A DNA stretch of 39,481 nt from Octopus bimaculoides (lineage: Eukaryota). The stretch spans positions 22,947,107 through 22,986,587 of the forward strand of contig NC_068989.1 in assembly GCF_001194135.2 (NCBI RefSeq), in the 5' to 3' direction. A program made the translations under genes and the position numbers. Under the pieces are notes generated by a model, which had not been told where the DNA came from, did no database searches, and saw only the letters and a program-made list of their open reading frames with translations. Shown here piece after piece: positions 1 to 11,365 of this stretch (the first letter of the stretch is position 1; each line of letters opens with the position of its first letter).

Positions 1-250
1 GTGTTCTTGAGCAAGACACTTTATTTCACGTTGCTCCAGTTCACTCAGCTGTAGAAATGAGTTGCGACGTCACTGGTGCCAAGCTGTATCGACCTTTGCC
101 TTTCCCTTGGATAACATCAGTGGTGTGGAGAGGGGAGGCCAGTATGCATGGGTAACTGCTGGTCTACCATAAACAATCTTGCCCGGACTTGTGCCTGGGA
201 GGGTAACTTTCTAGGTGCAATCTCATGGTCAGTCATGACCAAGTGGGGGT
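1..250 (+). mobile_element. SINE family C (tRNA-headed, CORE-like body), 5' part cut by the window edge
   Basis: Matches the copy at 16530-16850 (gtgttcttgagcaagacactttatttcacgttgctccagttcactcagc...ggtgcaatc.catggtca) and the reverse complement of 35540-35840. Confidence 0.8.
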
Positions 251-446
251 AAGTAGCTTGCTTACCAACCACATGGTTCCGGGTTCAGTCCCACTGTGTG
301 GCACCTTGGGCAAGTGTCTTCTACTTTGGTCGGCCCAAGGCTATAAGTAGAAGACACTTGACCAAGGTGCCACACAGTGGGACTGAACCCGAAACCATGC
401 GGCTGGTAAGCAAGCTACTTATCACACAGCCACTCCTGCACCTATA
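251..446. mobile_element. Two SINE-A heads in inverted orientation (foldback)
   Basis: 251-325 (+) and 346-420 (-) are reverse complements with 4 mismatches in 75 bp. Both carry the B-box-like GGTTCAGTCCC; the minus copy also keeps the A-box-like TGGCTGTGTG. Confidence 0.85.
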
Positions 447-469
447 ACATATATATATATATCATATAT

Positions 470-565
470 AGTAGAAGACACTTGCCTAAGATGCTTAACA
501 GTGGGACTGAACCCAAAACCATATGGATGGGAGGCAAGTTTCTTTACCACACAGCCACACTTGTA
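470..565 (-). mobile_element. Degenerate SINE-A head
   Basis: gtagaagacacttgcctaag...gggactgaaccc...accacacagccac is the reverse complement of the family A 5' end. Confidence 0.7.
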
Positions 566-1691
566 TCTATAACCACACCTGAAACCATATCTATAAGCAA
601 CAATAACAGTGTAATTTGTAAGTTCTGAAGAGTGACATAAATACATATTTTCCTTTTCCATATTTGCAATTATTGTGTGTATTTTAGGCATAACATGATG
701 ATGCTGATGACGACAAGGATAAAAATAATGGTGATCGAGGAGGAGAAGGAGGAGGGTAGAAGAAGAAGAAGAAGAAGCAGAAGCAGTGCAACAGAGAGCT
801 ACTGCTTTGTTCTTTGTTTGCCAATATGAGATTGGTGTCAGAGTAACATTTGTGCTCAGAAGGTAGTAAAACCAAATTATCTCAGGTTTAGAACATAATA
901 ATATTCTTCGCCATGAACAGAGAAAGGTTTGAAACATCTTTTTGAAGTTGGAATTAGTCTGACACTTCCTAAACAGCTATTGGCAGCATATTTCCATAAT
1001 TTGAAGCTATAATTTGTCATATATTTTCCCTCACAGATGTTGTTGATTTTCAGTTGAAAATAAACGGGGAAAAAGACTAAAAACAACTGATAGATTCTCA
1101 TTTTTTTTTTTTTCTTTGAAAATGATTGCAAGAGGTCAATCAAGCATTTACAAACCAAATTGGTAATATTTTGTAGATCAGGATTAGATTTTTGGTTAAG
1201 TACTTTATTAGGAATCAACACAAGCTGACTGATAATATAGAGAACAAATGCTAAAAATACTATTTATTTGATAATTTTTGAATTCTTCTGCTGTTTTTGT
1301 TTTTTTTATATTCTTTCTTCTATTGGGTATTGAGAAAAATATTTCTTTCCCAAAATCAGTTTTGTGTCTGTTGCTCCACCAACCACCATCTGAAACTGCA
1401 ACATCTTATTTTTGTATCACTTCCCATGCGTTCAGAGCTCAAAACTTATCAAGGTCAAATTGGGCTTTCATTTTTTGAGGTTGAGAAATAAAAATAGCAG
1501 TCTAAGAATTTGGTTTGATAGTATTGACTAAAACCATCCTTTGAAAATAAAAATTACTGGTTTCGTGTCTGTATCAGAAACCATTATAATCCCACAAGGT
1601 TACCTTCACTTTTCATACCAGCCACATACTGAGGTCAATATTATCAATTAATCACCACCCTTCAAAACTACTAGTATTCTGCCTAAATTAA

Positions 1692-1890
1692 AGGCAGCAA
1701 GCTAGCAGAATTGTTAGAACATTGAAAAAAAACGTGATGTTTCTTTCAGTTATTTACATTCTGAGTTTAAATCCTACCAAGAACAACTTTAATTTTCACC
1801 CTATTCTGGGTCAATAATATAAACTATCGGTCAAGTACTAGAGACAATGGTATCAACTACCCCTCCTTGTGCCCAAATCAGAAACTATTA
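1692..1890 (+). mobile_element. SINE family B (tRNA head, central domain, (ATT)n tail)
   Basis: aaggcagcaagctagcagaatt...ttctgagtttaaatcc...ataaactatc.gtcaagtac, followed by an (ATT)n tail; same layout as the 12.7-14.7 kb copies. Confidence 0.7.
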
Positions 1891-2420
1891 TTGTTATTAT
1901 TATTATTATTATTATTGAGTGAGAGAGCAGTGAATGCCATCAAAGTGACACTGGGGTAAAATATACGAAGCCCAGTATACCCATCATGACTACCCATCTG
2001 ATAAGGATACACCAGGCACATGCATCGCAACCATATGTGCACGACGTAGTGATCTCATATCAAGATAAACAACACATGACTTTGCAGGTAGGGCCCAGTT
2101 AGGATTTTCTTCAGACAGAATAGCCCATCTTGCTCAAAAGGTCCCTAAATAAGAGTTGTTTAAGGATGAGGAACAATATACCCATGTTTCCAAAGGTGAA
2201 TTATCCAAACTCCAAAGAATTCCTCTCAACACTACTCATGATCAGAGATGCACATATCGTCAACCACTAAGGGACACTAAGATCAAACAACTGACAAGCA
2301 AATCGGTGGTATTGAGCAGAATATTTGCTGTAGCCCATCTTTTATACCAAGACAAAACAATGTACATGATAACACTTCCAATCAGTTACGATCAGAAGCC
2401 ATGAGAGCCACTGCCTGGTA
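1888..2420 (-). mobile_element. Probable 5'-truncated non-LTR retrotransposon 3' end with (AAT)n tail, Dong/R4-like
   Basis: Non-SINE ~500-bp segment ending on the minus strand in ctctctcactcaataataat. TAA-repeat tails are known for Dong/R4 LINEs. No protein motif seen, so the class is inferred from the tail only. Confidence 0.4.
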
Positions 2421-2645
2421 TGGCGGCGAGCTCGCAGAGCTGTTAACACACTGGGCAAAATGCTTAGCGGTATTTCGTCTGCCACTATGTTTTGAGTTCA
2501 AATTCCGCCGAGGTCACTCAACTTTGCCTTTCATCCTTTCAGGGTCAATGAAATAAGTATCAGTTATGCACAGGGGTCGATGTAATCGACAAGCCCCCTC
2601 CCCCCAAATTTCAGGCCTTGTGCCTATAGTAGAAAGGATTATTAC

Positions 2646-2679
<34 letters not shown>

Positions 2680-2920
2680 TAAGGCAATGAACTAGCAGAA
2701 TCGTTAGCATGCTGGACAAAATGCTTAGTGGTATTTTGTCCGTCTTCAGATTCTGAGATCAAACGCCGCCAAGGTTGACTTTGCCTTTCATTCTCTCAGG
2801 GTTGATAAATAAAGTACCAGTGAAACACTGGGGTCAGTGTAATCGACTAGTCCCTCCCCCAACATTTCAGGCCTTGTGCCTTTAGTAGAAAGGATTATTA
2901 TTATTATTATTATTATTATT
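2421..2920 (+). mobile_element. Two tandem SINE-B copies (2421-2680, 2681-2920)
   Basis: Each has ggcggcgagct.gcaga / gagttcaaattccgccgaggt / ctttgcctttcatcctttc.gggtc.at.aaataagta / ccccaaatttcaggccttgtgcct.tagtagaaaggattattatt. Confidence 0.85.
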
Positions 2921-3240
2921 AAGGTATCACTAAAATCTTTACAGCTTAATCTAATATCTTAAGAAAGATCTGAGTGGCATAAAATGTGTTATGATGCATC
3001 TGAACAATTTGAGTTGAAGAAATAGAACAATAAAAACATGTAATCAACAGACATGTTTGTCCAATCCCAGACAAAATCAAAATCATCATTGTCCCCATTG
3101 TGACTTCTTAGCAAAATCCATGCCCTGGACTCAAATCAAATCCATGCATCTTTCACAAATAAAACCAGCATTTTTTTTCTTTTCTTTAATCCTTTCTTTC
3201 AAACACTCAAATGTCAAAATCAACAGGAGTAACCATCAGT

Positions 3241-3400
3241 AAGGTAGCGAACTGGCTGAGTCATTAGCACATCGGACAACATGGTTAATGACATGTCTTC
3301 CAGCTCTATGTTCTGAGTTTAAATCTTGTTATGGCCAACTTTGCTATTCCTCCTGGGATTGATTTAATTGACCCTGCCACCAATATTCTGACTTTGTACT
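3241..3400 (+). mobile_element. Degenerate SINE-B
   Basis: aaggtagcgaactggctgagtcattagcacatcggacaa...ttctgagtttaaatc; diverged 3' half. Confidence 0.55.
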
Positions 3401-3484
3401 GATGTTAGCAACAATTCTTATTGCACATTGACATAACATAAAAATAACCTAGGAGTAGGAAGGGTCCACCCGCCATGAAAATGC

Positions 3485-3975
3485 AGGCATGGCTTTGTAG
3501 TTAAGAAGTTTGCTTCCTAACCACATAGTTTCAGGTTCAATACCACTATGCAGTACTATGGGCAAGTGTTTTTGACTACATCCAAAGACTGATCAAAGTC
3601 TTGTGAGTAGATTTCATAAATGTAAACTCTAAGAAGCCCATTGTAAATATATCAATGCATTATGTACATGAGTGTGCATATGCAAATGTGTGGAGATTTG
3701 TGTCTCTAATCTGGACATCATGTGATAGTTGCAATACAAGCATCACTATTACCCAAGCATCCTTTGTTTTCAGTCTTCCATACAGACATGTTCGATCATG
3801 GAGAAATATTACCCAGCTTGGAAAACAGATGAGGGTTTGCAACAGGAAGGGCACCCACCCAGCCATAGAAAATCTGTCTCAGCACATTCAATCTGGCCGA
3901 TGCAAGTATGGTTAAATGAATCTTAAAACAATGATAATGATGATGATAACTACAATGACAAAGATGATGATGATG
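3485..3975 (+). mobile_element. Composite SINE A2 (A head, microsatellite linker, E body with RTE-type (GAT)n tail)
   Basis: A head at 3485-3650, then gacatcatgtgatagttg...ggaaaacagatgagggtttgcaacaggaagggcac...atgatgatg. Confidence 0.7.
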
Positions 3976-4231
3976 ATAAAATACAAGTGACTGGACCAAT
4001 TGTTAGTGAAAGTTGCCTTAATCCAGTTTAATAGTGCTGCCTGAACTGAAATAAAGATGGAAGTTTAAACCACCCAAGACACACAGATCTTGCTACTTAA
4101 TAATGGTTTTGTTGACACAACAGGTATGTAAATAATATTCACTGAACACAACACACCACCAATTCCATTTTTACTTTCTCCCCCCTCCTGCACCCTCCTT
4201 TATATTTATTTATTTATTTTGCCGGTAGTAC

Positions 4232-4285
4232 CTTTGTCTGTCCCTTTCTTTGCTACCCCTTTTCTTCTGAATGCAATTTCATTAT
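4232..4285 (-). CDS. Candidate 54-nt internal coding exon of the minus-strand host gene
   Basis: ctttgtttttgtatattcattgtag|ATAATGAAATTGCATTCAGAAGAAAAGGGGTAGCAAAGAAAGGGACAGACAAAG|gtacta. Open in phase 1-1 (xNEIAFRRKGVAKKGTDK); donor is only moderate. Confidence 0.3.
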
Positions 4286-4539
4286 CTACAATGAATATAC
4301 AAAAACAAAGGTTGTTTAGATAGGCAGTAAAGCAGGTAGTAATATAATGATGGCTAATTATAACAGTTAACAGTGTATTAATGGTTAAAACAAAAACACA
4401 AATACACAGTATTGTTTTAGTTGATACAGATTTACAAGCACAAACCTAAGACAGAAGAAAAAAAAAGAAGACAACCAGTCCTCACATAAGACTTGAAGCA
4501 TATATCTATTGTTGCATGCATTTACATTTTCAAATATAT

Positions 4540-5195
4540 CATCAACGTCCTCATTTAATATCTGTTTTCATGTTGGCATGGGCTGGATGGTTTGGCAAGG
4601 CTGTTCTAGCCAGGTTTCTGCTGCTAGATACTTTTCCTCATGCCAATCACTTTACAGAGTGTACTGAGAGCTTTTTACGTGGTACTAACACTAGTGCTTT
4701 TTACATGGTGCCAACACCAGTGCTTTTTACATGATACTAGCACTGGTATCAATTATACTGTGATGGATGGATCTTCTTGAATACAGCAAGGCACTAGATG
4801 TTTCAGTCCTTTATCATCTTCTTTGTAAAGGCTCAATGTCTTGGGCCTGTTTTTGGTACTTTGTCCCATGTCATCCTGGGTTTCCCTTTTCCACAAATTC
4901 CAATCACTTTAAGTGATTGTTACTTCTGTATACAATTGTCCACATCCATACACAACACATTAGGAAACTAGCACAACCTTCCCTCCTGCACACCATTCCT
5001 CTAATGCCTAACTTCTCTCTCAATACACTAACACACTGTAGCACATGTACATTGACATTGCATATCCAGTGGAGCATACTAGCTTCATTCTTCCCTAGCC
5101 TTTGCTGCTCTTCAGCATTCAGGACCCATGTCTCACTACCATGTAGAATTCTGTTTGGATACATTCATCACACAATCTTCTTTTCACTCAGAGGA
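4540..5195 (-). mobile_element. RTE-clade LINE, 5'-truncated (ORF C-terminus plus 3' UTR)
   Basis: ORF 4904-5164 encodes ILHGSETWVLNAEEQQRLGKNEASMLHWICNV..LREKLGIRG; a downstream frame gives GKGKPRMTWDKV (cf. RTE GRPxxTW). The 3' UTR tail is shared with other copies in the window. Confidence 0.85.
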
Positions 5196-5530
5196 AGACT
5201 TTTGGTTGCCAACAGAAGTAAATGATCTCTGAATTTTCTCTATCCTATTCTTATTCTAACAATTTATATATATAATTATTTCTATAATTTTCACTAGTCT
5301 CGCCCATATGTTTTTGCTTCGCTAAATTTTTTCTTTGAGAACTTTTCGGTGATCTCCTTCTAGCACATTAGCAGTCCACTTAGTGGTCTCTTTTTTTTAT
5401 ATATACATATACAATAATCCTTTTGAGATCTCAGAAAAATTTTTTCTGAATCTTCTGATTCTTTTAATGTGCTAGTTTCTTGGTATTAAATTGATATTAA
5501 TTAATATCCAATTTTTTACCCTACTATTTT

Positions 5531-5533
<3 letters not shown>

Positions 5534-5585
<52 letters not shown>
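5534..5585. repeat. (GT)n microsatellite
   Basis: Direct read, about 25 units. Confidence 0.95.
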
Positions 5586-5588
<3 letters not shown>

Positions 5589-6004
5589 CATCATCCTTTT
5601 ATGCCCATTTTCCATACTGACAAGCATGTATGTGTGTGAGTGCATGCACATGTGTACACACATGTGCAGAAAGAGAGGTTTTAAAAGGTGAGTTGGCAGA
5701 AATGGTAAATTAGCAGAAAAATAATCACCTCTCCATATTTCTTCACATCTCTTTACATTTTGAGTTCAAATTTATCTCAAATATACTGGGTTAGTTAAAG
5801 TCACTAAACCCTACCTTAAAGTCATAGTCTGGTGCCTCTATATTTGAAATATTATTAACTGTATGATTTGAATAATTAACTATGTCCATTTACATTTTAA
5901 GTTCAAATCCCACCAAAGGTTAGTATACTTTTTATCAGTTCACAGATAAATTAGTAACAGAAATGAATAGAGTTTGAGTTACTTAACCATGTACTTAATT
6001 GTTA

Positions 6005-6300
6005 CCAGCAGTAGCAGAATTTTAACATCCACTTTTCATGTTTGCATGGATCAGGCAAAATTTGTTGAGGCAGATTCTCTACAAGCAGAAGCCCATTGTG
6101 TCACCAGCCTTCACCTGTTTCCAAGTAAGATATTCAATATTTCCCTTTGTCAAAAAGGTAGAATGGAAATTACTGACACTGCTTGTATGAGAGTGATGCT
6201 CACTTTTGACAGTCATACATTATCAAGACAAGAAACACAAACACACAAATAGCAAACACACACACAAACACAAACTCCTTAACCACACAGCCATGCCCGC
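6005..6300 (-). mobile_element. SINE A2 / E body with residual A head
   Basis: ttttcatgtttgcatggatcag...ttcacctgtttccaagtaag...tcaagacaag...aaccacacagccatgcc. Confidence 0.7.
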
Positions 6301-7314
6301 ACCACATCTTCAAAAATGAGTTGCTCAATGCCAATGTGACAAGTCTATATTACATTTTTTATTCTATATTTTTATTTCATAAGAGCCATGTTAAATATAA
6401 TCTCTTCCCTACAATCCTGTGTAATCATACTTTAATAAAAGTGGCAGGAGATACCCACTCTTTGTTCAGAGACACAATGAAGAAAATATATAACAAAATA
6501 TAACATCAAAGATAGCATGATGATGATGATGATGACGACAATGATGATGGTGATGATGAATCATAAAAGATTTTGCACAACTAGCATTGAGGCTTCCAGC
6601 TTTTCATCATGATACTTCAAAAGTAAATCAAAGAGCTTGCAGTTGTCATGGAATGTAAAAACAGCTTCACCCTGCAGCTTTGACTATTGTACCAAGAAGA
6701 TATAGACTCATAAAATATGTGTATGAGGGTTAATAATAGACCTTGATTGAGAAAGAATCGTTGAAAAAACGAAATCTAATTGTTAACTTGTATATGAGCT
6801 TAGTTTTAAGCAGATGTGATCAACAGTGAATTAAAATAGGAGTTACTAGATTATTAAAAGGTTTGTGTTCAACACAGCAAACATATAAAACCAAGCCACA
6901 TTCAACTGATTTCACTGAAGTCACTCACCAACATACACAAACCTCTGGTTCACAGATGTGCTGTGTCCTCATTCTGCTTCTATTATTACTATAGCAGCCT
7001 CTGCTCTTCAGAGCTGTCTGGTTTTTACACTCAAACCACCTTAGCTCAAACTCAATAAACTCACTCATATCTCTTCTTACCATCCAGTGTCCACTACTCT
7101 AAACCCCACATAGAAGAATCCTTTTCCCAGTTTTTCCTTCTCAGAACATCATCGCCCCTTGACATTCTGTCCCTGCCCATGCTTTTTCTTTAATTTGTAG
7201 TTGTTCACAGCAAACATTAACCACATTAGACTCACTTGTCTTGGAGTGCCAGTAAAGAAAATGGACACACTAGTCCTCATAACCAAACCATTAAAAAGAA
7301 AAAAAATTATTTAT

Positions 7315-7625
7315 AGGTGCAGGAGTGGCTATGTGGTAAGTAGCTTACTTACCAACCACATGGTTCCAGGTTCAGTCCCACTGAGACACCTTGGGCAAGT
7401 GTCTTCCACTATAGCCTCAGGCCAACCAAAGCCTTGTTAGTAGATTTGGTAGACGGAAACTGAAAGAAGGCCATCGTACATATATATATATATATATATA
7501 TAGATATATATATATATATAGATATATATATATAGATATATATATGTACATTTGTGTTTGTTCCCTCACTATCACTTGACAACCAATGTTGGTGTGTTTA
7601 CATCCTCATAACTTAGCAATTCAAC
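7315..7625 (+). mobile_element. SINE A1 (A head, (TA)n linker, partial A1 body)
   Basis: aggagtggctatgtggtaagtagctt...ggttcagtcccactg...ggaaactgaaagaag, (TA)n, then cacttgacaaccaatgttggtgtgtttac. Confidence 0.8.
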
Positions 7626-7907
7626 AAATCTTCAAGGAATGTTACTCAGATCAGTCTGCCATTCCATCAAAGGTACACTTCAGTCTCTCATCCACTTATT
7701 TTACAGTATAATTTGCATCCAAGAGCATCATTAGTGACAGGTTTCCATTCCCAGTATGTCTAAAAACAACAGTCAAAAGAAGCATCTGTATAACTCCATC
7801 CAAAACAAATATCACAAAAGACTCTATTCAAATAGCACTGGCTTTTCAATATTTCCAATTATTTTTACATCATTCAGTAATACGTATTACACACTCACAC
7901 ACATACA

Positions 7908-7941
<34 letters not shown>

Positions 7942-8007
7942 CATATATAAGTCAGTAAATGGTGGAGTTGTGTTAACCGCACATGGAGAGATAATAGGAA
8001 AATAAAA

Positions 8008-8854
8008 AATAATAATAATAAGGCAGAATGCTAAATTGAAAGCATATTTTAATATAGATGTGCATAAGGAGGATTAAAAAGGATTTCTAACCGGCTTTCA
8101 TTGCATGGCAAATTTTCAAGAAGAGGGGAAATGAAAATAATGTTTTCTACAAAAATATAAAAAATATAGAAAAAATAAATATACCAATACATTATATTGT
8201 CTTTGAGTCTTTAAAGTTCAATGGTAATCCATGTAGATAATTGTTAGATAGTTTAGGATGCATGGAATTAAGAATCGTGTTGTGTTCAAAAAAGGCTGAG
8301 AGTTTATGTGTTAAACAGGAAGTGTGGTGTCAAAACAGGAAGTGTGTGTAAGGGAAGACAATTCTGTGGGTTTAATACTCTTTAGTTGGAGTTCTGGACT
8401 CGTTGTCAACAGGAAGTTTCTCTAAGAACAGACATAAACTTCCTGTTGACAAAGAGTCCAGAACTCCAACTAAAGAGTATTAAACCCACAGACTTGTCTT
8501 CCCTTACACACACTTCCTGTTGTTTTGACACCACACTTCCTGTTTAACACATAAACTCTCAGCCTTTTTTAAACACAGCATGATTCTTAATTCCATGCAT
8601 CCTAATCTATCTAACAATTATTTACATGGATTACCATTGAACTTTAAAAACTCAAAGACAATATAATGTATTGGTATATCTATTTTTTTATATTTTTGTA
8701 AAAAACATTATTTTCATTTCCCCTCTTCTTGAAAATTTGCCATGCAATGAAAGCCGGATAGAAATCCTTTTTAATCCTCCTTATGCACATCTATATATCT
8801 ATATTAAAATATGCTTTCAATTTAGCATTCTGCTTTATTATTATTATTATTATT
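8008..8854. repeat. Long inverted repeat (palindrome): ~397-bp arms, 16-nt spacer, (AAT)n/(ATT)n at the outer ends
   Basis: 8023-8419 is the reverse complement of 8436-8833 apart from scattered substitutions and three short indels. Spacer is ctctaagaacagacat (8420-8435). Confidence 0.95.
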
Positions 8855-8884
8855 TTATATATATATATATATATATCACTGAGC

Positions 8885-9175
8885 TTCAATCACAAAGCTT
8901 CAGTCAGCCCGGGGCTATAGCAGAAGACACTTGCCCAGGGTGCCACACGGTGGGACTGAACCCGAAACCATGTAGTTGGGAAGCAAGCTTCCTAACCACA
9001 CAGCCAATAAACATACGCACACACACACACAACACCTCTGCAGTATTTCCACTCTTCCAAATCCCATTCACAAGGCTATAGCAGAAGATATTTGCTGAAG
9101 GGGGCCAAACAAGCAATAAGATCAACTACAGAGCCACATGGTTGCAAAGTAAAATTCTTAACCACACAGCTATTC
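8885..9175 (-). mobile_element. Two SINE-A heads (8885-9015, 9065-9175)
   Basis: ggctatagcagaagacacttgcccagggtgccacacggtgggactgaacccgaaaccatg..., then a second more degraded copy. Confidence 0.75.
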
Positions 9176-9289
9176 TTGTATCCTTAAAAACAATGAAACT
9201 AGATCTCCACTGCATCCCTTAGGTCATCTTTCAACACCCAATTTCAACAACATGAAATATTTTCAGACACCTAACCAGAAGAAGGTAGT

Positions 9290-9530
9290 TATCATGATAT
9301 TGAAGAGGAGTGTATTAGGAAAGAAAAGTCTAAGAAAAATATCATCTTAATCCAAAGATAACAATGCTAGACAGTGTAATAGAATAAGATAGAAAAAGTA
9401 CAGAGATTTGATGCTGACCATATGGTAATAAACAAAACATTTAACGACTTTATATCTATTTATGAGAAAGAAGCTTAGAACAAGTGCAGTGGAATGCCTG
9501 AAGTGAAATTGGAAGAGGTGTATTGAGGTT
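9290..9530 (+). mobile_element. Highly decayed RTE LINE C-terminal relic
   Basis: DNA resembles the RTE ..RISW..KITN.EVL....R.L...I.KRQ..F.GH.MR...LE region (gaaaaatatcat..aagataacaatg..agagatttgatgctgaccata..atgagaaagaagcttagaa). No intact frame. Confidence 0.35.
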
Positions 9531-9589
9531 AAAGAATGTTAGCCGCTATGAGGGATAAAATAATTTACTCTTGATAAAGGTTATTCAAA

Positions 9590-9636
9590 ATACATANNNN
9601 NNNNNNNNNNNNNNNNNNNNNNNNNNNNNNNNNNNN

Positions 9637-9669
<33 letters not shown>

Positions 9670-9854
9670 GTGTGTGTGTGTGTCTATAGTGATACACACA
9701 CACAGATACATATACATGCACACATCCATATAGAGACATATATATATATACATACATATCCATATAGATACATATATATATATAGATACACACATCCATA
9801 TAGATACATATATATACATACATGCATACATATACATATATATACATACATGTA

Positions 9855-9888
<34 letters not shown>

Positions 9889-10240
9889 NNNNNNNNNNNN
9901 NNNNNNNNNNNNNNNNNNNNNNNNNNNNNNNNNNNNNNNNNNNNNNNNNNNNNNNNNNNNNNNNNNNNNNNNNNNNNNNNNNNNNNNNNNNTATATATAT
10001 ACACACACACATATATATATATATACACACACACACAATATATATATATATATACACACATTACATATATATATATACACACACTCACATGCATATACAC
10101 ATATATATATATATACACACATACATATACAAATACACATACATACACAATCCCACTCATGCTAGCATGGAAGGCAGACATTTAACGATGATGATGATGA
10201 CATACATCCATTCTCACACACACACACACACACAGAACAC
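9590..10240. repeat. (TA)n/(CA)n compound microsatellite with two N gaps
   Basis: Direct read; source of the spurious YI/HT-rich ORFs. Confidence 0.95.
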
Positions 10241-10369
10241 AGAAATTGCTAGAAATCTATCTGTACATTGCATTAAATAAATAAGTGCTGTAATAAAGTG
10301 TGTTTGTGTGTAATCATGTGTGTGCATCTGAGTGTTTGGATACTTTATAGGTTTTGGGTGTGCATTTAA

Positions 10370-10500
10370 GGAGTCTACTTTGCAACCATGTAGTTTCAGC
10401 TTCAGTCTCATGGCATGGCACCTTGGGCAAGTGTCTTCTATTATCACCTCAGGCAGACCAATGCTTTGTCTGGAATTGGTAGACAGCTGTACAAAAGCCC
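10370..10500 (+). mobile_element. SINE-A head fragment
   Basis: aaccatgtagtttcagcttcagtc...ggcaccttgggcaagtgtcttcta...ggtagacag. Confidence 0.65.
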
Positions 10501-10854
10501 ATCATCATGTCAGCAGATAGGTAAATAGATAGATAGATAAACCAATAGACAGACATAACAGTGTGTGTGTGTGTGTGTGTGCATACAAATGTTGGTATTC
10601 TACAGTTTCACCTTCACAATGAATTGATACAATGCTTTACATCCCTTGCCAACATAACCACCAGTCACTGGGCACTATCAAAGACCAGTGAAATAAAAAA
10701 AGTATCTCTTATCTGAAAAACAGATGGGGGTATGCAACAGGAAAGGCATCCAGCTATTAAATACTGCCTCAAATAACTCCTCATCCAACTCATTCTAGCA
10801 TGGAAAATGGACATTAAACAAATGGAGGAATTATGTAACATATCATCTTTTCAT

Positions 10855-11327
10855 CACCCAATTTTTTTACCTGTTCCCAGCCCTCACCTACCTCAAAGCA
10901 AGGTGCTATTTCCCAGTAGCCAGACACGTTCTCATGGAAGGCCAGAAGCAAAATGATCTTCATTTATAACTCTCCTGTGGTATCAAAAGAGACACACAAG
11001 TGCACACACAAACACACATTTATATCAACATCATTTTAATGTCTGCTTTTCCATGCTTGCAGGAGTCAGACAGAATATACAGAGCTAGATTTTTCCCAGC
11101 TAGATACTCTTTCTGCCACCGAACGTCACCTGTTTCCAAGCAAGGTAAAATTACCCCCATGGCTTGACATGTTTCTGCAGAATATTGGAAATGAATGACA
11201 CTGCTTGTATGACAATGACACTCATATGCAAATACCACATGATATAAAGACAAGGAAACACACACACATACACACATACACATATATATACATACATATG
11301 TGTGTGTATATAGTACATGTATGTATG

Positions 11328-11365
<38 letters not shown>

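Noticed and set aside
422-1221. ORFs 422-937 and 877-1221, including IIWFYYLLSTNV resembling PLE IIWFNPPxSxNV
   Set aside because: The similarity stops after a few residues, part of the ORF is trinucleotide repeat, and there are no convincing splice sites.
3057-3242. CPHCDF motif suggesting a C2H2 zinc finger
   Set aside because: No His at the required spacing and no second finger.
7236-7275. Minus-strand GTGAGT donor with a short open frame
   Set aside because: Acceptor context is poor (GAG, or TAG without an adjacent pyrimidine tract).
8444-8475. Hammerhead-like motif in the palindrome arms (also ctgatgaag at ~17900 and ctgagga/ctgacga at ~37710/36950, minus strand)
   Set aside because: Core nucleotides are mutated (TTGACAA and CAA instead of CTGANGA and GAAA) or the helices cannot be formed; not supportable as ribozymes.
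9565-10280. Long ORFs rich in YI/HT/CV (also 20877-21620, 29597-30124, 35739-36276, 37674-38225, 11816-12287)
   Set aside because: Translations of (TA)n/(CA)n microsatellites and N gaps.
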